From positions 1-62,504 of the IMG/VR virus record IMGVR_UViG_3300005914_000007: a DNA stretch of 62,504 bases, one strand, 5' to 3'. Source of the stretch: a virus. Lineage: Duplodnaviria; Caudoviricetes. Both the position numbers and the translations under genes were made by a program. Of this stretch, positions 52,944 through 62,016 are shown one piece after another. The notes beneath the pieces were generated by a model, which saw only the letters and a program-made list of their open reading frames with translations, made no database searches and was not told the origin of the DNA. The first letter of the stretch is position 1. Every line of letters begins with the position of its first letter.

Positions 52944-53362
52944 ATGCCGATTATTAACAAATTCAATAGTTTTAATGAATCCACGGATAGTAATCTATAT
53001 AAGAATATACAGGATGCTTTCTCGGAGTTAATTGATGAGGGATATATGGTAAAATAGAATTAGATATAACTCAGATATCAAAACTTTCAGGAACTGATAA
53101 ACCAAAGTTCGTAAAATTAGAACACAGTAGTAAAAATCTACAATTCTTCTATGGTGATGAATGGGGTATTATTGATAATAGAAAGGAATTATGTCTATGG
53201 ATGCTTTCGGCTAGAATAAACCAAGATGAGTTGTTAGTGAAAAATCCGAAGTGGGGTAAATCTGGGAATATGTTTAAAACAACAGAACATAATAATTCAA
53301 CAAAAACATTATATTCACTTGACTTCTCACTTAATAATGAGATAACTTTTCAAGAGATTTGA
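52944..53362 (+). pseudogene. Frameshifted hypothetical gene
   Basis: MPIINKFNSFNES.. stops at 53057; another frame stays open from about 53045 to TGA 53362. Confidence 0.55.
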
Positions 53363-53391
53363 ACAATGACGGGAAAAATCCATATAAAACT

Positions 53392-53913
53392 ATGGAAGAA
53401 TTCAACGAAAAATTAATAATATGTGGTAAGTCAGGATCAGGGAAAGACTATCTACTAATAAAGCTCAGAGCGATGGGATTCAAAACCTCTATCAAAACAA
53501 CTACCAGGCCACAAAGAACAAGTGAAACAAACGGTATAGATTATCATTTTGTAACAAATAAGGCATTTAAAGACTCAGAGATGGTTGTAGAACAAACCTT
53601 TAATAATCATCAAAATGATGAATGGTTTTATGGTTTTGAACGAAAGGAATTCAACGAAAAGAATGTATTTATAATGACACCAGGTGAAGTCAGTCAACTA
53701 GATGAAAATATTCGAAAGGAATGTTTTGTGGTATATCTGAACATTGATTTAGAGACACGAAAAAACCGCCTTTCAGATAGAGAAGATATTAACGACTCTA
53801 TCCAAAGGCGGTTAGATGCTGATGAGAAAGATTTCTCATCATTTGAGGACTTTGATTTATCTATATCTGATCCACAATTCGAAGTTGAAGATATTATTTC
53901 TTTGATGTTTTGA
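53392..53913 (+). CDS. gmk: Guanylate kinase
   Basis: GKSGSGKD, TTRPQR..E..G.DYHFV, W.YG; start revised to ATG after the middle promoter. Confidence 0.85.
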   Translation: MEEFNEKLIICGKSGSGKDYLLIKLRAMGFKTSIKTTTRPQRTSETNGIDYHFVTNKAFKDSEMVVEQTFNNHQNDEWFYGFERKEFNEKNVFIMTPGEVSQLDENIRKECFVVYLNIDLETRKNRLSDREDINDSIQRRLDADEKDFSSFEDFDLSISDPQFEVEDIISLMF

Positions 53914-54181
53914 TAGCCTTAGCAAGAACGACTTCAACAAATTCACACATCTTTAAATCGTTCTCAACACAATACTTCTTCACTTCTAAGTGAATATCGG
54001 ATGAAATAGTCAAAGTTTTTACTTTTTTCTCACCTTGTTTCTTGATTATTACATCTTCTAAATTCTTCAAGTGTGATTTAACATTATTTATCTGTTCTAG
54101 TGAAAATTCAACTGCTTCTCCTGAAATCTCTTCCAGAGCCACTTCTAGATTTTCTGTAAATTCTTTTAATTTATTTCTCAT
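53894..54181 (-). CDS. Ribbon-helix-helix-like DNA-binding protein
   Basis: KTLTISSDIH..VKKYC....KM.EFVE. Confidence 0.6.
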   Translation of the reverse strand: MRNKLKEFTENLEVALEEISGEAVEFSLEQINNVKSHLKNLEDVIIKKQGEKKVKTLTISSDIHLEVKKYCVENDLKMCEFVEVVLAKAIKTSKK

Positions 54182-54255
54182 GATTTTAAATATTTATTTT
54201 TAATTATATACTTAAATAATTAAATAGTTTATATCAAGTATGGATTTTTTATATA

Positions 54256-54298
54256 ACGGAACGTAAAACACATAAGTCTTTAGCTGATGTGTAGTTCA
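54256..54298 (+). mobile_element. 43-bp IS200/IS605-type mini element
   Basis: ACGGAACGTAAAACACATAAGTCTTTAGCTGATGTGTAGTTCA. Confidence 0.7.
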
Positions 54299-54358
54299 TA
54301 CTATTAATCTAAATGTGTTTAAAATTAAATTACTATACCTATCAAATGACTCAATTAA

Positions 54359-54517
54359 TCATCTAAGATTTTTCTTACTTCCGTATGGTTTTTTAACATT
54401 TTCCTCTTTAACAACTAACTTATCCAATTTAAATACATTACATGCTTTATAAAGGTCATTACACACTTTATCCAATTCATCCCTAACGCTTAAATTTACT
54501 ATTTTTTCAGTTGCCAT
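54359..54517 (-). CDS. Small 52-aa hypothetical protein
   Basis: MATEKIVNL.. read by hand, 6 nt after upstream stop. Confidence 0.45.
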   Translation of the reverse strand: MATEKIVNLSVRDELDKVCNDLYKACNVFKLDKLVVKEENVKKPYGSKKNLR

Positions 54518-54523
54518 GTCATA

Positions 54524-54865
54524 TTATTTATTCATAAAGGATCTAATTAAATCAGTTGCACTAACGACAGCAGGTATTACTTTCTCAATGATATCCTTGT
54601 GTAAAGCATCTTTATCATTATTCAAATCTTCATTCGTCTTTAGTAATTGTGCAATCGTTTTATTCTTATCTTCTAATCTATCGGCATGTATTTTATTAAT
54701 GACACCAAATGCTGTTAATAAAAATCCAGCCAACACAACAATAACCCACCTCATCCATTCAAATCCATCACTAGTAATGGGTGGTTCGGTGATAATAATC
54801 TGAGGCATTACCAAAACTGGGAAAATAATCTGTGCAATCATAAATAAAAAAACTTTTTTCTTCAT
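54524..54865 (-). CDS. Membrane protein with coiled coil (holin-like)
   Basis: Signal-like N-terminus, TM helix, coiled coil. Confidence 0.55.
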   Translation of the reverse strand: MKKKVFLFMIAQIIFPVLVMPQIIITEPPITSDGFEWMRWVIVVLAGFLLTAFGVINKIHADRLEDKNKTIAQLLKTNEDLNNDKDALHKDIIEKVIPAVVSATDLIRSFMNK

Positions 54866-54922
54866 ATCTTTTCTTTTTATTAAACTAATGTATATATAAA
54901 AATGATATAATAGGTTTTTTTA

Positions 54923-54969
54923 ATAACTCATATGTATTATAATCTATTGATATAACTCATATGAGTTAT
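54923..54969. promoter_or_regulatory. 18-bp perfect palindrome plus 12-bp partial copy
   Basis: ATAACTCATATGAGTTAT 54952-54969; ATAACTCATATG 54923-54934. Confidence 0.6.
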
Positions 54970-55026
54970 TTAACAGAGCATTTGTGAAATTTATATATAT
55001 ACAGTAAAATAAAAATAAAAATAAAA

Positions 55027-55353
55027 ATGTCACACAAAGAAAATATAAACAAGATACACTTTGACCTTACTACCCAATTCGAAAACGTTACAATCGAAGA
55101 AAACGCTGATAGAACATTTGGAAACTATGTTAAGATAGGTGTAACAGAAGGTCTTGAGCTAACAGCCATGATTGAGAAAGTTTCAATTGAAAATGATTCA
55201 TTCAGATGGTTCTATCTATCCGACCCAGCAAATGAAAAATCAATTGTAGAACGAAAGTCAAACATACACACATTCGCCAAAGACGTAAAAGGTATTTTTG
55301 ATAATAAAAGATTTGACGAAGATTATATCAAGAGGATTGAAGAAGAAAAATAA
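55027..55353 (+). CDS. Hypothetical protein
   Basis: ORF track. Confidence 0.7.
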   Translation: MSHKENINKIHFDLTTQFENVTIEENADRTFGNYVKIGVTEGLELTAMIEKVSIENDSFRWFYLSDPANEKSIVERKSNIHTFAKDVKGIFDNKRFDEDYIKRIEEEK

Positions 55354-55360
55354 GTAAATT

Positions 55361-57076
55361 ATGAACTTTATACAGATATCATTCAATAATATAAAGGCCG
55401 AGACCGAAAGATTTCTTAGACAGGAACACAGTAAGGCTTCTCTACTTTATTCACCAGCATCACCATTTGGGCATATATTATCAGCAATACAGAATTATCA
55501 ACAGTTATCTTTCCTGTACCTTAAAAATGCTCTAAGAGGTTTTGATTTGAGTTTACCAAATTCAAATAATCCTAAGATAATAAGAAATGCTGCCATATTC
55601 GCAGGTCATAGTCCAGGAAGAGCTATCTCATCAACCGGAACCCTTAAATTGGCTGTTAAATCTGGGATAGACCTCGAAACAGAATTGAGAGGTGGTCGTG
55701 TAACACTTAAAAATAGATTATTACTGAAGAATAACACAAACGGACTTTTCTACTCACTCAATCTTGGTCAAGATAAAATAACATATCAGGTAAGTACAAC
55801 AACTCAGATATTCTTACCAATAATACAGGGTAGAAGTAAAGAAACCAAATTCACTGGTAAAGGAGAAATAAATTCTTCATACCAAGTAGCACTTAAAGGA
55901 AATCAAAACATAGAAAACTTCAATGTTGAGGTACTTGTGAATGGTCAATATTGGATAGTAAAGAAGCATCTTTATGAATTATTGCCTAGTGAAAAATCAT
56001 GCGTTGTTAAAACAGGATTTAACGATGGTATTGATGTTATATTTGGAAATGGAGGATTTGGTAAGATACCTGACATTGGATCAACAATAATAATAAAATA
56101 CTTAGTGACTGACGGTAGTGTGGGTAATATATTTAGAAGAACTCCGAACGACTGGACATTTGTTGAAGATGCACTCGATGGGTTTGGTGGTACATTAGAT
56201 GTAACATCCATTTTTGACATACTCATTTTTAATGACATAAACTTTGGTAGTGATAAAGAGAGTGTTAAATTTACTAAGAATCTATTACCAATAGCTTCGA
56301 ATAACTTTGTACTTGGATTACCACAACAATACGCATACGAGATTAAAAAATTGGGAGTTTTCTCTCATGTAAATGCTTATGAGAACGATAGTATTATATT
56401 CATCGTAGCCACACCAAACATAAGATTGTTTAAGAATAGAAATGCTGATTACTTCTCAGTTAATATCACAGCCTTTGAATTAGATGATTATGAGAAATCG
56501 AAACTTGATAAATACATCCGTGGAAATGGTAATATACAATTGACTCGTAAGTATAGAATCGATTCACCCAAGTTATCATATTACATAATAAATGTTTTCA
56601 TCGTTAGATATTCGGATGTAAATGACGATTCCGTAAATGCACAAATAACCGACATCGTATCAGAATACTTTTTGGACTTAAATAGAATAAGTAGGATACC
56701 GAAATCTGACCTTATATCAAGTTTAGCTGGTTTAAATGATATACACTCAGTTGATGTACAATTCATATCTAAGAAGAATGAAGACTATCACAGAAACAAT
56801 AAGATAAAGTCCGATAATAAATTGGCGGCATCTGAATCACGAATAGCTCCTATTGGAACCGAAATTGATCCGGATTACCAACCAGATTTGGCAGTAGGTC
56901 TTGACCCAGTACTTGGTGATATTCTCTTCGAATCAGAAGAATATCCAATTGTGAGAGGTGGTTGGTATGACCGCAATGGTGTTTATTTCTCACCAGATAT
57001 AAAAGACACTAATCTTAAATCAATAAACATAATAAAGACTGGTGTTGTTGATTCAAAACAAAGGAGTAATAAATAA
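55361..57076 (+). CDS. gp6-like baseplate wedge subunit
   Basis: A...GH.P.RA.S, FGNG.FG..P..G..I.I.YL...G..GN, G.D.ES. Confidence 0.85.
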   Translation: MNFIQISFNNIKAETERFLRQEHSKASLLYSPASPFGHILSAIQNYQQLSFLYLKNALRGFDLSLPNSNNPKIIRNAAIFAGHSPGRAISSTGTLKLAVKSGIDLETELRGGRVTLKNRLLLKNNTNGLFYSLNLGQDKITYQVSTTTQIFLPIIQGRSKETKFTGKGEINSSYQVALKGNQNIENFNVEVLVNGQYWIVKKHLYELLPSEKSCVVKTGFNDGIDVIFGNGGFGKIPDIGSTIIIKYLVTDGSVGNIFRRTPNDWTFVEDALDGFGGTLDVTSIFDILIFNDINFGSDKESVKFTKNLLPIASNNFVLGLPQQYAYEIKKLGVFSHVNAYENDSIIFIVATPNIRLFKNRNADYFSVNITAFELDDYEKSKLDKYIRGNGNIQLTRKYRIDSPKLSYYIINVFIVRYSDVNDDSVNAQITDIVSEYFLDLNRISRIPKSDLISSLAGLNDIHSVDVQFISKKNEDYHRNNKIKSDNKLAASESRIAPIGTEIDPDYQPDLAVGLDPVLGDILFESEEYPIVRGGWYDRNGVYFSPDIKDTNLKSINIIKTGVVDSKQRSNK

Positions 57077-58755
57077 TGTTAATATCTAAAACATCAATCG
57101 TTAAATCAAGAGGTAATAATAAATTATCATATTATAGTGAAGTTGGATATGATACCTCCAATCCAACTTTTGAAGTAATAATTAATGACCTATTACCAAA
57201 CTCATCTTATATAGTTGAGGTTTCATGTGATTACTGTAATGATATTATAAAAACTCCATATAAAAGGTATATTAAGAATACAACCACTTCACTTGTGAGG
57301 AAATATGCATGTAAAGGATGTGTTACTGATAAAAGAAAAGAATCTAATCAAATTAAGTATGGATGTGATAACCCAATGCAAAATAGGGAAGTGTTAGAAA
57401 AAACCAAAAATACAAACCTAGAAAGATATGGTGTTGAATATGTTTTACAATCCAAGGTTATTAAAGAGAAAATAAAGAAAACCAATTTGAAAAATAGTGG
57501 TTTCGAAAATCCATTCCAGTCCGAAATTATTAAAGAGAAAATAAAGAAAACCAATTTAGAAAAATATGGACATGAGAATCCATTCCAGTCCAAGGTTATT
57601 AAAGAGAAAATAAAGAAAACCAATTTAGAAAAATATGGTGTTGAATATTATACACAATCTGGTGAATTTCTATATGATAAAGAATTGAATAAGGAAAAAA
57701 TAAAGAAAACCAATTTAGAAAAATACGGTGGCCATCCAATGTCAAATGATATTATAAGAAGTGATTTTAATATATCAAATGATGTGAATTATTTATACTA
57801 TAATAGTGATAGTATATCAACATTTAAATGTCACAAGGGACACACATTCAGTATAAGTAGTGATAATTATTCATCACGTAAATGGTTTGATGTAAACATA
57901 TGTACGATATGTCAACCTATAAATTCATCAATATCGACACAGGAGAAAGAAGTATTTCATTTCATAACATCTGTATATGATGGTAAGGTTATTGAAAACT
58001 ACAGAGATGGTTTGGAGATAGATATTTATTTACCAGACATCCAAATTGGATTTGAATATAATGGATTATACTGGCACTCCGAGGAACACAAAAGTAAATA
58101 TTACCACATAAATAAATCTGAACATTTTATTGAAAGGGGAATACGTATAATTCACATATGGGAAGATGAATGGAAATATAAGTCCGGTATAATTAAAAGT
58201 CAGATAAAAAATTGGATAGGTTTAACAGATTTCAAAATACCCGGAAGGAAATGTAGTGTGATAGAATTAAAAAACCCATCAGACTTCCTAAAACATAACC
58301 ATATACAGGGTAAGTGTCCATCAAGTTTTAATTTAGGTCTTAAATATAATGACGAATTGGTATCCGTTATGTCATTTGATAGATTTGAAGGTCGTAAAAA
58401 AATGTTAGAGGGTGAGTGGAATCTATCTAGGTTTTGTAATCGTGAAAACACCATTGTTGTCGGTGGATTTTCAAAACTACTATCTTACTTCATTAAAAAT
58501 ATACACACCACCAGGATAATAACTTATGCAGATAAATCATGGAGTAATGGGTTATTATATGAAAGAACTAACTTCAAAATAACTAAAATATTGAAACCAG
58601 ATTATAAATATATACAAAACGGAATAAGATTGAATAAAACTAAGTATCGTAAAGGTCGATCTACGAATAATATGTCGGAAAAGCAATATACACAAAGTCA
58701 TAATATTAAAAAAATATATGATTGTGGTAAGATAAAATTTGAATTGATTATATGA
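57076..58755 (+). CDS. Homing-endonuclease-like protein (paralog of 17502)
   Basis: KTNLEKYG repeats; EIDIYLPD..FEYNGLYWHSE; GNAT-like tail. Confidence 0.75.
   Translation: MLISKTSIVKSRGNNKLSYYSEVGYDTSNPTFEVIINDLLPNSSYIVEVSCDYCNDIIKTPYKRYIKNTTTSLVRKYACKGCVTDKRKESNQIKYGCDNPMQNREVLEKTKNTNLERYGVEYVLQSKVIKEKIKKTNLKNSGFENPFQSEIIKEKIKKTNLEKYGHENPFQSKVIKEKIKKTNLEKYGVEYYTQSGEFLYDKELNKEKIKKTNLEKYGGHPMSNDIIRSDFNISNDVNYLYYNSDSISTFKCHKGHTFSISSDNYSSRKWFDVNICTICQPINSSISTQEKEVFHFITSVYDGKVIENYRDGLEIDIYLPDIQIGFEYNGLYWHSEEHKSKYYHINKSEHFIERGIRIIHIWEDEWKYKSGIIKSQIKNWIGLTDFKIPGRKCSVIELKNPSDFLKHNHIQGKCPSSFNLGLKYNDELVSVMSFDRFEGRKKMLEGEWNLSRFCNRENTIVVGGFSKLLSYFIKNIHTTRIITYADKSWSNGLLYERTNFKITKILKPDYKYIQNGIRLNKTKYRKGRSTNNMSEKQYTQSHNIKKIYDCGKIKFELII
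57451..57648 (+). repeat. 69-nt coding tandem repeat (about 3 copies)
   Basis: ttattaaagagaaaataaagaaaaccaattt recurs at 69-nt spacing. Confidence 0.85.
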
Positions 58756-58967
58756 AGAAATTTACGGAATCAACAGTTTCACACAACCAATCACACCTTG
58801 TGGAAATGTGTGATCCGGAGAGACAAGAAGCTTGGGTCGAAAGATTTCACTCATTTACATACTGGGAACTAAATTATGAATGGATTAAAACAATATCACC
58901 AACTAAGTTACAGTTGATTGGCCCAATAGATGATGGACTAGACGAATACAGACCAAATAATATATAA
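58752..58967 (+). CDS. Hypothetical protein
   Basis: MKKFTES start. Confidence 0.55.
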   Translation: MKKFTESTVSHNQSHLVEMCDPERQEAWVERFHSFTYWELNYEWIKTISPTKLQLIGPIDDGLDEYRPNNI

Positions 58968-58970
58968 GAC

Positions 58971-59225
58971 ATGTTATACGAAAGAAAAGATCTACCAGAA
59001 CTACACACATTGAAACATAGACACGATGATTTTGATGATTATGTTGATTACGAAAAGACAATATTAACGTCTTCTTTATCACCATACATATTTAATAATG
59101 AAATAATGAATGGATTTTTACTGAAGTTACAACCTCTAACAGCACTACTATTTGACCAGATGAATGTCGTTAAAAACTTTAAAAATTACACAGTGGATAA
59201 GTATTATTATAAACATAATGGGTAA
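58971..59225 (+). CDS. Small hypothetical, possibly baseplate-associated
   Basis: ORF track; follows gp6 once the endonuclease is discounted. Confidence 0.6.
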   Translation: MLYERKDLPELHTLKHRHDDFDDYVDYEKTILTSSLSPYIFNNEIMNGFLLKLQPLTALLFDQMNVVKNFKNYTVDKYYYKHNG

Positions 59226-59278
59226 ATTTAAAACCAACCACCAAAGTTAATATATAAGTATAAGAAATAATACTTAAA

Positions 59279-59923
59279 ATGTCAGAAAAGAAAAACATAC
59301 AGGGTTTCAAGAAGTTCTCTGAAATGAAGAAAGAGAAACCAGGAATTGAAGAAATCCAACCGGAAATCCAACCGGAGACAGATTCAAGTAGACCTATGAA
59401 TCCAAATCTACCAGATGAGAATAGGAAAATTGAGAAGCCAGCTTCTAGAAAGGGTATAATACCACAGGATCAAGATATTGAACTTGGTAGAACTGCAACC
59501 GAACAAGAAGATGAGGAAGAAACTAAGTTCGATGAAACGAAGGGTGTTAAATTCTACGGTAAGGTTGCTAAATTTCCAAAAGCAACAAAGGCATCGAAAG
59601 CACTTAATTTTTTAGAAAACGTTAAAATACCTAAGAATTCAATTTGGTATATTCTTGTTGAAAAACAATCAAACGAACTTCAGATGTTGAAATACAACAA
59701 TAAAAAAGGTGTTGATATGGAAAGATTTGTTACAGAACTCAAAGGTTTCTATCTAAAACAGTATGTTGAAAATCCTAAAATGACAAAATTAATCGAAAAT
59801 ATGACTGTCAAGGGAGCAAAAGACTTTTCATCTATACAAAATATTCCGAATGTTGAAATAGAGAAGGGAAAGAAGATGATTACTAAAATCACAGAAGACC
59901 TACTTAAACTACTTTCTAAATAA
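59279..59923 (+). CDS. Hypothetical late protein
   Basis: IQGFKKFSE N-terminal motif; AATATATA upstream. Confidence 0.75.
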   Translation: MSEKKNIQGFKKFSEMKKEKPGIEEIQPEIQPETDSSRPMNPNLPDENRKIEKPASRKGIIPQDQDIELGRTATEQEDEEETKFDETKGVKFYGKVAKFPKATKASKALNFLENVKIPKNSIWYILVEKQSNELQMLKYNNKKGVDMERFVTELKGFYLKQYVENPKMTKLIENMTVKGAKDFSSIQNIPNVEIEKGKKMITKITEDLLKLLSK

Positions 59924-59924
59924 T

Positions 59925-61043
59925 TTAGGTTTTATTATAATATTCTAATAAATATTCCTTATTTTTACGCTTAATCCACCTATAGCAAGTTTTACCATAT
60001 TTAATTTTAAATTCTTTAATATCCGAGCATGTGATTATAGATTCCATAGCTAAATCATCACACCAATTTACCCTATTCTTAGACAACTCACCAGTTAATT
60101 TATCAAATATTTTCATACGGTGTAGTTTATAAAATAATTTACTATTCATCTTACGTAAATCATAAATATTGTCATATTTTGATATCTCTTCTTTCATTTT
60201 CTCAACATGATAGATATTTTTATATATCACATCATAATCAACATATACATCACACACATCAATACCCAATATACATGTTAGTTGTTTTTTTATATCATAT
60301 TCATAATTATTTGAAATTTCTTTTATAAAGAAAACCATTATACCAAGTTCTTCACACATACCTTTTTTAATATTACTATTATCACCATTTCTATGCCAAT
60401 ATTTACCATCAAATTCAAATGCTATTTTAATTGAAGTGAAATACACATCCAATTCATATGGTTTAATTATTTTCCTATCATTGTACTCACATAACTCACC
60501 AAACACACTTTCTAATATGTACCGGAGTATTAATTGTGGGGTACTATATTTCCCAACATACATATGTGAACATATATCATCCAACACACCCATCCTAAGC
60601 GATGTTGTGTAGGCAACTGCATCATTTTCACAAAACTGTCCCCTCGTATAGTACTTAGATGATATTTCTTTTAATTTATCTATTGTGTATTTATAACCAC
60701 TCCTCGCCCTATTACGATCTGCTGAGATTTTTGAAATATACACATCATCTTTATATAAATTCATTTTTTTCACCATCCACCTAACTTCATCATATCCTTT
60801 ACACAACATTATAGCTATTTCTGAAGTTTCTTTTTTATTAAAATTTTCTTTCAGTAAAAAAATATCTTTATCCGACCACACATTACCAACACGTTTATAA
60901 TTTGAATCTTTTCTTAACCCCATTTTAACAGATTTGTTTAAAATCCGTCTTTTACTTTTACCCAATATATCACACAATTCATATAATTGTTTATTTGGAT
61001 AATTTAGCATTAATAATTCCACTTCATTTTCGGACCATCTCAT
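59925..61043 (-). CDS. Endonuclease-like protein (Myb/SANT-like repeats + DUF559-like nuclease)
   Basis: WS..E..LL..NY repeats; ELDVY...FEFDGKYWH. Confidence 0.7.
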   Translation of the reverse strand: MRWSENEVELLMLNYPNKQLYELCDILGKSKRRILNKSVKMGLRKDSNYKRVGNVWSDKDIFLLKENFNKKETSEIAIMLCKGYDEVRWMVKKMNLYKDDVYISKISADRNRARSGYKYTIDKLKEISSKYYTRGQFCENDAVAYTTSLRMGVLDDICSHMYVGKYSTPQLILRYILESVFGELCEYNDRKIIKPYELDVYFTSIKIAFEFDGKYWHRNGDNSNIKKGMCEELGIMVFFIKEISNNYEYDIKKQLTCILGIDVCDVYVDYDVIYKNIYHVEKMKEEISKYDNIYDLRKMNSKLFYKLHRMKIFDKLTGELSKNRVNWCDDLAMESIITCSDIKEFKIKYGKTCYRWIKRKNKEYLLEYYNKT

Positions 61044-61121
61044 AAACTATATATAAAAACAATGATCCTCCGATACTCAAAATGTTTTTAAAACATTCTT
61101 CACATATATTCATATAAATGT

Positions 61122-61847
61122 ATGGATGTTAATAAAATTTATTTAGGGGATTGTATAGATATAATGGATGATAGAATCGATGATAATTCAATTGATTTAA
61201 TTGTAACTGATCCACCATATGGTATAAATTACCAATCATTTCGAACTAATTCAAACATTATTAAAAATGATGATAATCTTCACTGGCTAGAAAACTTTTT
61301 CAAAATACTGAATACAAAAGCTAAAGACAACACACACCTTTACTGTTTTTGTGATTTTGAGATGTCTGCCGATTTCCTTATTGAGATAAGGAAATATTGG
61401 AAGGTTCGTAATATGTTGTGTATTCCACGTAAAATTAAAGGAAATGGTGGTGACCGTATATTTCAACAGCAGTTTGAAACTGTAATTTTCGCAACAAAGA
61501 AACAGGGTAGGAAATTCAACCAAACACAAATACTTAAACCCTCAGAGGGTTATTTGAAAGATAAGAGGTATAAGGCGAAAGAATGGCTTTATAGACTACC
61601 AGACCACTGGCATTGGACCACATCAAGTGAATTCAACCATACTAGACTACATCCAAACCAAAAGAATGTTGAATGTCTTAAAGATATGATATCATTATCA
61701 TCCAATCCGGGTGAAATAGTATTTGACCCATTTGTTGGTAGTGGTTCGACTTGTGTGGCTGCCAAAGAACTCAATAGAAAATATATCGGTTGTGAATTGG
61801 ATGAAAATTATTTCGAAATATCAACAAATAGACTTAACTCAATATGA
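61122..61847 (+). CDS. N4/N6 DNA methyltransferase (beta class)
   Basis: TDPPY, HPNQK, DPFVGSGST, GCE. Confidence 0.92.
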   Translation: MDVNKIYLGDCIDIMDDRIDDNSIDLIVTDPPYGINYQSFRTNSNIIKNDDNLHWLENFFKILNTKAKDNTHLYCFCDFEMSADFLIEIRKYWKVRNMLCIPRKIKGNGGDRIFQQQFETVIFATKKQGRKFNQTQILKPSEGYLKDKRYKAKEWLYRLPDHWHWTTSSEFNHTRLHPNQKNVECLKDMISLSSNPGEIVFDPFVGSGSTCVAAKELNRKYIGCELDENYFEISTNRLNSI

Positions 61848-62016
61848 ACTACACATTAGCTAAAGACTAATGTGTTTCGGGTTTCATAGAGTGTGCTTTA
61901 TTACTAAAGTCTGATTTTCTCTCCACCTTTGTATTGGACAGTCCCTGCCCAAATATTTTTAAACCTTCTTTTAGAATATTTTTACTCGCATTAATATCTC
62001 TGTCATGTGTTTCACC
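61845..62016 (-). mobile_element. tnpB: TnpB C-terminal remnant with IS200/IS605 right end (omegaRNA-sized segment)
   Basis: HDRDINASKNIL; ends GAAACACATTAGTCTTTAGCTAATGTGTAGTTCA. Confidence 0.75.

Noticed and set aside
3068-61878. Repeated hairpin as a CRISPR repeat
   Set aside because: Copies are kilobases apart with no spacers or cas genes; one is attached to a tnpB tail
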